NCBI GenBank assembly: GCA_963707505.1
Contig: CAVPQB010000006.1
Span: forward strand, 64,001 to 128,000
Direction: 5' to 3'
Length of the DNA: 64,000 bases
Source of the DNA: an uncultured Gemmatimonadales bacterium
GTDB lineage: Bacteria; Gemmatimonadota; Gemmatimonadetes; Gemmatimonadales; Gemmatimonadaceae
In this document: positions 9,671 to 19,230 of the stretch, piece after piece
How the letters are laid out: every line of letters starts with the position of its first letter
How positions within the stretch are numbered: the stretch's first letter is position 1
Notes under the pieces: model-generated
The model's database searches: none
Seen by the model: only the letters and a program-made list of their open reading frames with translations
Told to the model about the DNA's origin: nothing
Program-made: the position numbers and the translations under genes

Positions 9671-11013
9671 TGGTACGCTTCTCCGACAGAGGAATTGAAA
9701 AGGATCGAAGGAGTCGCGTCATCCGCGACCTCCGACGACAGAACTGACACCAGCACCGGTTCGATGGGCGGCCGAACCGTGTCCGGCTGCCATGCGAGAA
9801 GGAAATCCAACCCTGGCATGCACGTGCGGCCCTGACAGGGGCCCATGCCGGCACGTGTGTACAACTTGGCCTGACGTGCGCAGGCCGCATCCTTCACAGA
9901 ACCGTATGACACATCCTCGCACCGGCACACGATCGTTTCGGCGGAAGGAAGCGACCGTAGCTCCTCACGAAGTGCGAAGGCGTCGAGCATGCGCCGAGCG
10001 TCAATCTCGAGCGCCGCACGCTTTCGTAGCAATACGTCGGAGACACGGGCCCGCGGCGAGACGGTCAACCCGGCGATCTCGCCTTCGATCAACGCCAACG
10101 GTGCTCCGCCAATGCCCGTTGCCTCGCCCACTGCGAGTACGTTCGCAACAGTGGTGCGCTGTTGCGCATCCACCACAATGGCGCCGTCTCGCGTTTCGCA
10201 GCCAAGCAGCCGTGCGAGCTCGATGTTCGGTACGAGGCCGTAGCCGGTGCAGAGCACGTCGACTGCCTCACGCCACGTCCGGCGACCATTGGTTACTGTG
10301 ACGCTCTCCAACCGATCGGTTCCGTGTGCCGCAGTCACCCACGTGCCAGGCGAGTAGGATGTGGATAGAAAGCGTGCACGATATCGGGCCGCCTGCGCGA
10401 CCAGCGCAGGCGCTCGCCACAAGCCAGCTGCAAACCTCATCACCGCACTGCGCCGAGCCTGCTCAGCGACGAGTATCAGCCTCGCACCCGAGCTCGCGAG
10501 CGACGCCGCCACGGGGAGCATCAGCGGCCCCGAGCCGGCAATGATCACGCGCTTGCCGGCGAATGATGCACCGGACTTGAGCAATGCCTGCGTACCGCCG
10601 ATGCCCATCACACCGGGAAGCGTCCATCCGTTGAATGGGATGAACAGCTCGCGCGCGCCCGTCGCGAGTATGATCCTGGCCGCACGTACCCGCAGCGCGC
10701 TGCCGGATGAGTCCGCCAGAATCTCGAATTCTGCATCTTCATTCTGCACATCCACTACCGATGTGCCATGAATCACATGCGCGCCCGAGCGCGACAGCTG
10801 TGCGATCCAGTGTTGCGCGACGCGCGGAACCGAGCCGCCACTCACGTGACGCCAGATCTGTCCGCCGGCCTCCAGCCCGCGATCGAGCACGATGACACGC
10901 AAACCGGATTCCGCCGCGCGCGCCGCCGCGGCTATTCCGGCCGGTCCCGCACCGATCACTGCGACGTCGGCTACGATGAGCGTCACGTCCGTGCCAGCGA
11001 GCGGCGCCATCAT
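9667..11013 (-). CDS. lhpF: D-hydroxyproline dehydrogenase alpha-like subunit (FAD/NAD oxidoreductase with BFD-like Fe-S domain)
   Basis: GAGPAG, ATGARE..GWTLPGV, C-terminal CRCEDV and GMGPCQGRTC. Confidence 0.75.
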   Translation of the reverse strand: MMAPLAGTDVTLIVADVAVIGAGPAGIAAAARAAESGLRVIVLDRGLEAGGQIWRHVSGGSVPRVAQHWIAQLSRSGAHVIHGTSVVDVQNEDAEFEILADSSGSALRVRAARIILATGARELFIPFNGWTLPGVMGIGGTQALLKSGASFAGKRVIIAGSGPLMLPVAASLASSGARLILVAEQARRSAVMRFAAGLWRAPALVAQAARYRARFLSTSYSPGTWVTAAHGTDRLESVTVTNGRRTWREAVDVLCTGYGLVPNIELARLLGCETRDGAIVVDAQQRTTVANVLAVGEATGIGGAPLALIEGEIAGLTVSPRARVSDVLLRKRAALEIDARRMLDAFALREELRSLPSAETIVCRCEDVSYGSVKDAACARQAKLYTRAGMGPCQGRTCMPGLDFLLAWQPDTVRPPIEPVLVSVLSSEVADDATPSILFNSSVGEAYQ

Positions 11014-11279
11014 GCGTCAGTCGCCGTGCGAATGTGCATTCCATCAGCGACCGCGATCAGACATGCGCGCTGATGTGGTCTACTGTCGATCGTCACTCTG
11101 CACTCGAAGCAGACGCCCATGCCGCAGACAGGGCCGCGCGGATCCCCCGAAACAGATCTGCGAAAAGCCGCGATTCCAAGATTGAACAGCGCGGCCGCCA
11201 CTGTCGTCCCCGCAGCTACACGCATGCGCTGGTCGTCAACGACGATGTTCAGCTCCGCTGCTGCACCGTTGATCGCCAT
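11010..11279 (-). CDS. lhpE: 2Fe-2S subunit of D-hydroxyproline dehydrogenase
   Basis: GTTVAAAL..CGMGVCFEC..RAC; ATG at 11279 overlaps the upstream TGA (only the last 89 aa of ORF 11010..11840 are real). Confidence 0.8.
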   Translation of the reverse strand: MAINGAAAELNIVVDDQRMRVAAGTTVAAALFNLGIAAFRRSVSGDPRGPVCGMGVCFECRVTIDSRPHQRACLIAVADGMHIRTATDA

Positions 11280-12403
11280 CAGTGCGCTCCAACGCCGGCG
11301 AGCACGCGCGACGGAGCGAATGGCGCTGGATCGATCGCGGGCTCGCGTCCAGTGATGAGATCCGCGAGCAGCTGTCCCGTTCCCACCGATGTGGTGATAC
11401 CGAGTCCCTCGTGACCGGCTGCGATCCATAATCCCGGCGTCTCGTCCCATGAGCCAATGAGGGGAAGCTTGTCCGGTGTCGCCGGACGAAAGCCGGTCCA
11501 CGTCCGGATCGCTGACGCGAGCGCCAGTCCCGGCATGAAGTCGAGCGCACGATCGAGCATGTTGCGCACGATGGACCGATTGATCGATCCGTCCCATCCA
11601 ACAAGCTCGCGCGATGAACCGATCAACATCTGTCCTGTAGCCCGCGGCTGAACGTTGAACGCGACTGATTCCGTCGTCATCGTGTGCGCGCTGGTCAGAT
11701 ATCCAAGCTCGACCAGCTGGTGTCGGCAGAATCCCGGATACCGGTCGGTGATGACGAGATGTCCCTTGCGCGGCACGATCGGAATTCCGGGAGTAAGCTC
11801 CGGTACCAGCGCACCCGCTGCGTTGATCACGCAGTCGCATGAGATCCGTTCGTTGCCGGCAATCACTTCGCGGGCGCCGATCGCGTTTACACGAACGCCC
11901 TCGCGCAGCCTGGCACCATTCGCGATCGCGCGCTGCAGCAACGCCCGCGCACCATTCGGCGGATAGATGACCGCATCGCCGCGCACGAGCAGGGCGCCAG
12001 CCAGCCCGGGGCGCAAATGCGGCTCGGCTTCGGCAAGCTGCGCTGGCGATAATATCTCGGTCGCGACCCCGCTATCCGCGTAAACGCCCTGTTTTGCGCG
12101 CACCGCTTCGAGCTGCTCGCCATCTTCGGCAACCCAGAGGGTGCCGCACGCTTCGTGCTCGACGTTATGCGGCAGCTCTGGCGCCAGTGCGGTCCACAAT
12201 CGTCCGGAATACGCGGTGAGAGCGAGCTGCGCAGGCGAATCATCCATCACTACCAGATGACCCATGCCGGCAGCTGTCGTACCGCTTCCGGCGAAGCTCG
12301 CGTCGAGTACCAGCACGCTCATACCGGAACGAGCCAGCGCCTCGGCGCATGCTGCACCGACGATTCCCGCGCCGACAACCACAGCGTCGTGGTGCGCAGT
12401 CAC
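11279..12403 (-). CDS. lhpB: FAD-dependent D-amino acid oxidase-family subunit (D-hydroxyproline dehydrogenase beta)
   Basis: VVVGAGIVG, PRKGH, GFRPATPDKLPLIG, GHEGLGIT; start inferred at GTG 12403. Confidence 0.8.
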   Translation of the reverse strand: MTAHHDAVVVGAGIVGAACAEALARSGMSVLVLDASFAGSGTTAAGMGHLVVMDDSPAQLALTAYSGRLWTALAPELPHNVEHEACGTLWVAEDGEQLEAVRAKQGVYADSGVATEILSPAQLAEAEPHLRPGLAGALLVRGDAVIYPPNGARALLQRAIANGARLREGVRVNAIGAREVIAGNERISCDCVINAAGALVPELTPGIPIVPRKGHLVITDRYPGFCRHQLVELGYLTSAHTMTTESVAFNVQPRATGQMLIGSSRELVGWDGSINRSIVRNMLDRALDFMPGLALASAIRTWTGFRPATPDKLPLIGSWDETPGLWIAAGHEGLGITTSVGTGQLLADLITGREPAIDPAPFAPSRVLAGVGAH

Positions 12404-12440
12404 CGTGTCCCGTCCACGCGCGGCACCGATGCAGTGCGGA

Positions 12441-13448
12441 TCACGCCGAAGGGATTCCACCGCGGAACGGGTCCGCCTGGTCGAATAGAAGCTTCGCTTC
12501 CGCTGTCACGTACGCCGTACCGCGAATGTGCGGAATCAGCTCACCGCGCTCGTTCGTCGTGAGCCAACCCGTGAACAGGCTTCCCGTGATGCTCTCCTGC
12601 CGCCACCGAGTCCCGAGTGCGATCTCACCCTTGGCATAGAGTACGGCAAGCTTGGCGGACGTCCCGGTGCCACATGGAGAGCGGTCGTATTCACCGCCCG
12701 AGCACAGCACGAAGTTCCTGCAATCCGCATCCGCGCGCGTCGGTGCCGCAGAGATCTCTATGTGATCGATCGGCTCGCCGTTCGCGCCCGTGATGCCTGC
12801 GGCGTTGATCGCATCCTGAATGGCCTGCGTGACGCGCGTCAATTCCTTCGCGTTGGCGGCAGTTACTGCGATCGGCGTGTTGTGCGTGATGAAGAACCAG
12901 TTACCGCCCCACGCAACGTCGCCCACTACGCGACCGATGCCTGGCACCTGAACCTCGACGTTGCGCGCATGACAGAATGACGGGACGTTCTCGATCGTCA
13001 CGCTGCCATCGACACTGAGCTCCGCCGACACGGTTCCGACAGGTGTGTCCAACCGGATTGTGCCGGGTTGAACACGACCGAGGTGTTGCAGCGTGCGTAC
13101 GACACCGATTGCGCCATGTCCGCACATCCCCAGATACGTTCCGTTGTTGAAAAAGATCACACCGGTGGTCGAATCTGGATTCACGGGTGGTGTCAAAAGC
13201 GCGCCAACGATCGCGTCGTTGCCACGCGGCTCGCACACCACCGCACGCCGAAGATGGTCGAAGCGCGTGCGCACATCCTCGCTCCGCTCCGCCATCGTAG
13301 CGCCGCGCGGCTGTGGCCATCCGTCCAGCACCACTCGCGTGGGCTCGCCCTCGGTGTGCGAATCGACAACGTGGATATTCGCGGGAAATGTGGCGGGTGA
13401 TTCTTCTGCAATCACGCCCGACTCGGCGGTGGCGGCGCCGTTGGTCAC
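12441..13448 (-). CDS. lhpA: 4-hydroxyproline 2-epimerase (proline racemase family)
   Basis: DSHTEGEPTR, both catalytic Cys motifs MCGH and DRSPCGTGTSA. Confidence 0.88.
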   Translation of the reverse strand: MTNGAATAESGVIAEESPATFPANIHVVDSHTEGEPTRVVLDGWPQPRGATMAERSEDVRTRFDHLRRAVVCEPRGNDAIVGALLTPPVNPDSTTGVIFFNNGTYLGMCGHGAIGVVRTLQHLGRVQPGTIRLDTPVGTVSAELSVDGSVTIENVPSFCHARNVEVQVPGIGRVVGDVAWGGNWFFITHNTPIAVTAANAKELTRVTQAIQDAINAAGITGANGEPIDHIEISAAPTRADADCRNFVLCSGGEYDRSPCGTGTSAKLAVLYAKGEIALGTRWRQESITGSLFTGWLTTNERGELIPHIRGTAYVTAEAKLLFDQADPFRGGIPSA

Positions 13449-14899
13449 GGATTCACCTGTACTGTCTTGATCTCGGTATAGAACTCGCGCGCAGCAGGTC
13501 CCTGCTCGCGGCTGCCGGAGCTCGAGCCCTTCATTCCGCCAAAGGGCGCGTGCGGATCGACACCAGTGGTGTCTCCATTCACGCGCACGAGGCCGACGTG
13601 AATGCGATTGATGTAATCCAGCGCTGTGGTCAGATCACGCGTGAAGATCGATGCGCTCAGACCATAGGACGTGCGATTCGCCAGCTCGATTGCGTGATCT
13701 GCGTCGTCTGCGGTGAATGCGGCCAGCACCGGCCCAAACAGTTCGCGCTGCGCGAGCATTCCATCGGGATCGCCACCACGCACGACTGTTGGCGCAAAGA
13801 AGTTGCCGTTGCTGAACTCGGCGGAGCCGGGTATGGGGACCGAAAACAGTGCCTCGGCGTTCGCATCCTTGAGCGCCTGGGTTATCGAATCATGCGACAT
13901 TCGACTGATCAGCGGACCGACTGCGGCTTTTGCGTCCGTCACAGGACCGATCGGAAGTGATTCCACCTGCGAGCGAAGCTGGCTCAGAAACTCGTTCTCG
14001 ACACTGCGGGCGACGACTACTCTGCTCGTTGCGGTGCACTTCTGGCCCGCGTAGCGCATTGCGCCAGCCGCGGTGAGCGATGCGGCCTTTGCAATGTCAG
14101 CATCTGGCATGACGATGACTACGTTCTTGCCGCCCATCTCGGTCTGATACCGAATATTGCGCGCTGCCGCGGTCGCAGCCACACGTGCCCCCACGGCGCC
14201 GGATCCGGTAAAGCTGACAGCACGAACTTCCGGCGCTCCGAGTAGCGCCGCGCCAACTGTTGCGCCGGCGCCGAACAATACATTGAACACGCCGGCAGGA
14301 ATGCCGGCTGCAAAGGCAGTTTCCGCAAGCAATGCCGCGAGGTACGACGACGACTCCGCCGGCTTGAGTACGACGGTGTTACCGAATGCGAGCGCAGGCG
14401 CGACCTTCCATAGTGGAATCGCCAGCGGAAAATTCCACGGCGTGATCATCGCCACCACGCCGAGTGGCTCACGCAGACTGAACTGAAGCGCGCCCGGAGA
14501 TTGTGCCGGAATGACGTCGCCGATCTGGCGTACCGCCTCACCGGCGTAGTAGCGCAGGATCACCACGCAGCGGGATACTTCGCCGCGCGCCTCGCCGATC
14601 GGCTTTCCGACCTCGCGCGCCATGACCTGCGCCAGCTCTTCGGCCCGGTCGCCGATCGCGGCGGCCCATTTGTAAAGATGCTCGGCGCGTGCCGGACCTG
14701 TGAGTGCGCGCCACGCCGGGAATGCCCGCGCTGCAGCACTTGCTGCCGCATGCGCGTCATTAGCCGAACCCTCCGGCACGAGCGCGATGACATCACGCAC
14801 GTCGGAGGGGTTCACATCATCTATCCATCCACCTGTCTCGCTGTCACGCCAGCCATTATCGATGAAGTGTTGCAGTCGTCTGGCAGTACTACCTGTCAT
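13445..14899 (-). CDS. lhpG: Aldehyde dehydrogenase, probable alpha-ketoglutaric semialdehyde dehydrogenase
   Basis: ITPWNFP, FTGS, EMGGKN, GQKCTA, ELFGP; substrate inferred from operon. Confidence 0.8.
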   Translation of the reverse strand: MTGSTARRLQHFIDNGWRDSETGGWIDDVNPSDVRDVIALVPEGSANDAHAAASAAARAFPAWRALTGPARAEHLYKWAAAIGDRAEELAQVMAREVGKPIGEARGEVSRCVVILRYYAGEAVRQIGDVIPAQSPGALQFSLREPLGVVAMITPWNFPLAIPLWKVAPALAFGNTVVLKPAESSSYLAALLAETAFAAGIPAGVFNVLFGAGATVGAALLGAPEVRAVSFTGSGAVGARVAATAAARNIRYQTEMGGKNVVIVMPDADIAKAASLTAAGAMRYAGQKCTATSRVVVARSVENEFLSQLRSQVESLPIGPVTDAKAAVGPLISRMSHDSITQALKDANAEALFSVPIPGSAEFSNGNFFAPTVVRGGDPDGMLAQRELFGPVLAAFTADDADHAIELANRTSYGLSASIFTRDLTTALDYINRIHVGLVRVNGDTTGVDPHAPFGGMKGSSSGSREQGPAAREFYTEIKTVQVNP

Positions 14900-15666
14900 G
14901 ATCTTCGTTCCTTTGTTGGTCGCCCTTCTTCAGCCTCGCGCTCCGCGCTGACGAACCTGACGAGCTGACGGCCGGCGCCGAGTATGTGTTGCCGCATGAG
15001 CGAGCAAGCCTGCTTGACATCCTGTGCCGCGACGGCCGCAAGGATGGCGCGATGCTCATCGATCGCGCGCGATTCGCCGTGCGTGAGCACCAGTTGCATG
15101 CGGAGATAACGGTCACTCTGCTGGTGCAGCCGCTGAATGATCGCCATGGTGAATGGGCGATCGGCAGCCGCATAGAGCGTCGAGTGAAATTCCCAGTTCA
15201 GCTTGCCCCACTCGGCGACCTCACCAGCGCGGAACGCCGCCTCGTAAGCCTTGAGTATCTCCTTCGCGCGCGAGATGTGCTCCGCTGTTGTGCGCATGAT
15301 TGCGCGGCGAACGAGGTCGCCCTCGATCTGCGCACGCAGTTCGAACAATTCATTGATCTCATCCACAGAGAGCGACGAAACCACCGCGCCGCGATGCGGA
15401 TTGAATACCACGAGACCCTCTGCTTCGAGCTGGCGTAGTGCTTCGCGAATCGGGATTCGGCTCACGCCCAATTCGGCGGCAAGCGCGTCCTGTCGAAGCG
15501 GTATATCGTCGGCGTAAACCCCGCGCAGGATCCTCTCGCGCAACGCTTCCGTCGCCTGGTGCGTGACAGTTTGGCGCGTGATCGGCACTACCATCATCTT
15601 CGTCTCGTTCGAGCTCTTGCCGACGGCCTTGACGGCCTTGTTGGATGAACCGAGGGTGCGACCCAT
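14896..15666 (-). CDS. GntR/FCD family transcriptional regulator
   Basis: LAAELGVSRIPIREAL HTH, FCD domain with NWEFH and EHRAIL. Confidence 0.92.
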   Translation of the reverse strand: MGRTLGSSNKAVKAVGKSSNETKMMVVPITRQTVTHQATEALRERILRGVYADDIPLRQDALAAELGVSRIPIREALRQLEAEGLVVFNPHRGAVVSSLSVDEINELFELRAQIEGDLVRRAIMRTTAEHISRAKEILKAYEAAFRAGEVAEWGKLNWEFHSTLYAAADRPFTMAIIQRLHQQSDRYLRMQLVLTHGESRAIDEHRAILAAVAAQDVKQACSLMRQHILGAGRQLVRFVSAEREAEEGRPTKERRS

Positions 15667-15759
15667 GTGCTATGTTCTCCGGAGTTGGGATGTGGCGTTC
15701 TGGGCCAAGCAATCCGTAGAGATAAGCCGACTTGCCGCGACTCGCCACCAGCACGGTGG

Positions 15760-15795
15760 ATTGGATACAATATCCTATTTTCCAGCGCCCGGCAA
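15760..15795 (-). promoter_or_regulatory. Sigma70-like promoter overlapped by palindromic operator
   Basis: Minus strand TTGCCG-N17-TATTGT; the -10 lies inside GGATA-CAA-TATCC (15763-15775), ~100 bp upstream of GntR. Confidence 0.6.
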
Positions 15796-15840
15796 GTGCG
15801 GGGTGCCGCCGCGGCAGCGGCGGCACCGTTCATCAGACAA

Positions 15841-18800
15841 CTACCGGCGGCCGCCGCTGCCGAACGACGTGGGGATCGGCCCCACCTTTCCCTGCATCCG
15901 GCTGTTGAACGCCGGTACGTCGCGACCGACCAGGGTCGTATAACTGGCCCGTGCCGCGGCCAGCGCCCGCTCGATCCCTCCAAGCACCTCGAGCGACTGA
16001 GCGGTGGGCCGATAGTCGGCGCCTCCAGCGACGTCGCCCGCTCCGCTGCCAACCTCGCCCGATAGCCAGACCAGGCCCATGTACACCTTGAACTGCTCCA
16101 CGTAGTACTTGTCATCGCTCTCCATGTCCGAGCGCGTCAACAATTGCAGCTCCACGCCCAGCATCTGATCGTTCAGACGGTCCAGCTCCGCTACGATATC
16201 CGACTTGCTGGCATTGGCCGCGCGCTCGTCGGCAATCGTCTTTCGCATCGACTCGATGTGATTGATCATGTGCACCGCTTCGGCCATGTCGTTGCGAATC
16301 CGCAGCTGCGTCTGCGTCGACGCGACAAGGTCCGCTGTCGGCGATGGCATGGCGGGATCACGAATCACTTCGAACGGCTGAGTCCAGCTCTTTCCCGCCA
16401 CGGTAAGCCGCACGGAATACCTGCCCGGCGATGCAATCGGGCCAGTCCTGACAGGCGCTTCGATTCCCCAGTGCAATACGGGACGTGTGGATTTCCCGCT
16501 GAACCGCGGATCGGCAAAGATGTGCGGATTGTCAGGGGCGACCGTGCGCAGCACGACCTGGGGCGCCGGCTCGTAGCGCAGATCCCATGGCACACGATTG
16601 AGCCCCGCACGAGCTCGGAGGTGGAACGTACGGATCGCTGTGCCCGATGCATCCAGCACTTCGACGCCCACACTGTCCTGCGCCTGCGGTAGCTCGAAGG
16701 TGAAGTCGGCGCGGCCCGACCGGGCCTGTCGGTATGCCAGGTGCGGTGTGAAGAGGCGTGGCGCTGCAGGCGGCGCAGCAGGAGTGGCAGACGCTCCCTG
16801 CGCCAGCGCCGTGACGTCGCGAAGAATGTAGAGGCCGCGTCCATAAGTCGACACGACGACGTCGTTCCATCGCTTCGGAACGGCGATCCACGTCACCGGA
16901 GCCGCCGGGAGACCCGCGTTGAACTTCGTCCAGTGCGCGCCGTCGTTCACCGAGTAGTAGAACGCGTTCCCCGTTCCTGCGAACAACATCCCCTTCCTGT
17001 CCGGATTCTCGGCAATCGACATCACGTACGCGAGCGGGTGATCGTTCGGAAGGTCCGATGTGATGTTGGTCCACGTGTGTCCGTAATCGGTCGTCTTGTA
17101 GATGTACGGCTTACGGTTATCCATGATGTGGAAATCGATCGCCACGTATGCAGTTGCCGGATCGAAGTGCGACGGCTCGATCTTTCGGATCGTTCCCCAC
17201 GCCGGCAATCCCTTGATGTTGGCAGTGACGTTGTTCCAGTGGCCGCCCGCATCGGAAGTGTACCACAGCTGTCCGTCGTTCGTACCCGCCCAGATCAGGC
17301 CACGCTTGATCTCCGATGGAGCGATTGCGAATACAACCTCACCGTAGAACTGTCCAAGGTTGTCGGCAACGAGTCCACCCGACGAAACGATGCGCGAAGG
17401 ATCGCGCGTCGAGAGGTCCGGACTGATCACGGTCCAGTGCTGGCCTGCGTCCGACGTGCGGAAGATCACCTGACAGCCGTAATACACGGTCTTCGTATCG
17501 AACGGATCGATGGCGAGCGGCGGCGTCCAGTGACAGCGATACTTCGTCTTGTCTGGCGGAGAATCGAGTGTATGGACCCACGGACTTACCGAGCGCGCAA
17601 GCTTGGTGCGTGCATCGTAGCGTGTGACTGTGTTCCCATAACAGCTCGCCCAGACGACGTCCGTGTTCGACCGATCCGGCAGTGTGAAGCCCGACTCGCA
17701 TCCCCCGAGTCCGTTTTCCCACGGCGTGCGCGCGTACACATCACCAAAGCTCTGCGGCAGTAATTCCGGATTCTCCGTCGCGGCGGCGGTGGCGGCGGCG
17801 CGCTGTCGACCCTCGCCCGCGGTCGTGTCGCGAGCAGCTCCGCGCCGGACGGTTGAATCCTTCCGCATGCTGTCGGCGTGAATCGTGTCGGCTGGCGGCT
17901 CCGGACGGCGACGCTCGAAGTTACGGATAGGAGCGTTGCTCGCGCCACGCATCGGGAAGCTGTTGTCCTGACGGTTGGAATAGATCCAGTACGGCACCTG
18001 ATCATCGACAGCCACATGGTACATCTGCCCGTTGGGGAGCGATACCTGCGTGAAATTCTTGCCGTGGTCAAAGGTGATGTGAGCACCGGCGTCGTCCGTC
18101 AGTGAAAAAATGTCCGGGTTCTTTGGATCGATCCAGATGTCGTGCGTATCACCGCCCCATCGCACTTCCTTGAATGTCTTGCCTCCGTCCTTGGATTGCC
18201 AGAAGCTGCTGTTGGCGATGAGAATCTCGTCCGCATTCCCGCTCGACACCTTGATGTCGATGTAGTAGCCGGCGCGACCGATGAGTGTTCGTTGCCAGTT
18301 CACATTCTTCCACGTGCGTCCACCGTCATCCGATCGCCAGACAGACCCCTGATCGGCGGTCTGGATCAGCGCATACACGCGATTCGAATTCGTCGGCGCA
18401 ACTGCGACGTCGATCTTTCCAAGCGGCGATTTCGGAAGACCGGGATCGGTGAGCTTGCTCCAGGTACTGCCTCCATCGCGCGTGACATACAATCCGCTCG
18501 ACGGACCACCACCCAGCATCACCCACGTGTGCATCACCACCTGCCACATTCCGGCGAATACGACATTCGGATCATGCGCGTCCATCGAAAGTCCCGAACA
18601 TCCCGTACCGTCGTCCACGAAAAGCACGCGCGTCCATGACTTTCCGCCATCGGTGGTGCGATACACTCCGCGTTCCTGTTGCGGGCCGGTCGTGCGTCCG
18701 AGCGCGCACACGAATACAATGTTCGCGTTGGTCGGATTGACTATGATCCGGCCGATGCGCCCCGTCTCGCGCAAGCCCATGTTCTTCCATGTCTTGCCGG

Positions 18801-19209
18801 CATCGGTGGACTTGTAAATTCCGTCACCCATCACGTCCGCATCGCGAATCGCCCACGCCTCGCCGGTGCCGGCCCATACGGTGCCCGGTTCCGAGGGCGC
18901 GGTTGCGAGCGCACCGATCGCCTGAACATCCATACTGTCAAAAACTGGCACGAAGGTGCGGCCGCTATCACTCGACTTCCACACACCGCCCGACGCCGAG
19001 CCCATGTACCACGTACGCGGATCACCCGCGACGCCCGAAACCGAGGCGATGCGTCCGCCATTCGCCGGCCCCATGTACTCGAAAGCGAACGGCTCGGTCT
19101 CGAGCCCACGATTTGGCGGACCGGTACGCTGCGCAACAGCGGACGCAGGGCCGAGTGTCATCGCTATTCCGATAGTTGTAGCGATCAGAAAAATCGAACG
19201 ATTGCGCAT
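15841..19209 (-). CDS. Secreted VPS10/sortilin-like BNR-repeat beta-propeller protein
   Basis: Signal peptide, MGPANGGRI, many S/T-x-D-G/A-G-x-T/S-W Asp-box repeats, helical C-terminus. Confidence 0.88.
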   Translation of the reverse strand: MRNRSIFLIATTIGIAMTLGPASAVAQRTGPPNRGLETEPFAFEYMGPANGGRIASVSGVAGDPRTWYMGSASGGVWKSSDSGRTFVPVFDSMDVQAIGALATAPSEPGTVWAGTGEAWAIRDADVMGDGIYKSTDAGKTWKNMGLRETGRIGRIIVNPTNANIVFVCALGRTTGPQQERGVYRTTDGGKSWTRVLFVDDGTGCSGLSMDAHDPNVVFAGMWQVVMHTWVMLGGGPSSGLYVTRDGGSTWSKLTDPGLPKSPLGKIDVAVAPTNSNRVYALIQTADQGSVWRSDDGGRTWKNVNWQRTLIGRAGYYIDIKVSSGNADEILIANSSFWQSKDGGKTFKEVRWGGDTHDIWIDPKNPDIFSLTDDAGAHITFDHGKNFTQVSLPNGQMYHVAVDDQVPYWIYSNRQDNSFPMRGASNAPIRNFERRRPEPPADTIHADSMRKDSTVRRGAARDTTAGEGRQRAAATAAATENPELLPQSFGDVYARTPWENGLGGCESGFTLPDRSNTDVVWASCYGNTVTRYDARTKLARSVSPWVHTLDSPPDKTKYRCHWTPPLAIDPFDTKTVYYGCQVIFRTSDAGQHWTVISPDLSTRDPSRIVSSGGLVADNLGQFYGEVVFAIAPSEIKRGLIWAGTNDGQLWYTSDAGGHWNNVTANIKGLPAWGTIRKIEPSHFDPATAYVAIDFHIMDNRKPYIYKTTDYGHTWTNITSDLPNDHPLAYVMSIAENPDRKGMLFAGTGNAFYYSVNDGAHWTKFNAGLPAAPVTWIAVPKRWNDVVVSTYGRGLYILRDVTALAQGASATPAAPPAAPRLFTPHLAYRQARSGRADFTFELPQAQDSVGVEVLDASGTAIRTFHLRARAGLNRVPWDLRYEPAPQVVLRTVAPDNPHIFADPRFSGKSTRPVLHWGIEAPVRTGPIASPGRYSVRLTVAGKSWTQPFEVIRDPAMPSPTADLVASTQTQLRIRNDMAEAVHMINHIESMRKTIADERAANASKSDIVAELDRLNDQMLGVELQLLTRSDMESDDKYYVEQFKVYMGLVWLSGEVGSGAGDVAGGADYRPTAQSLEVLGGIERALAAARASYTTLVGRDVPAFNSRMQGKVGPIPTSFGSGGRR

Positions 19210-19230
19210 TGAAAGACCGGTGTGTTGTTA

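Noticed and set aside
9667..12403. Hydrogen cyanide synthase HcnABC or opine oxidase
   Set aside because: Same three-subunit family, but flanking epimerase, deaminase and aldehyde dehydrogenase point to D-hydroxyproline dehydrogenase.
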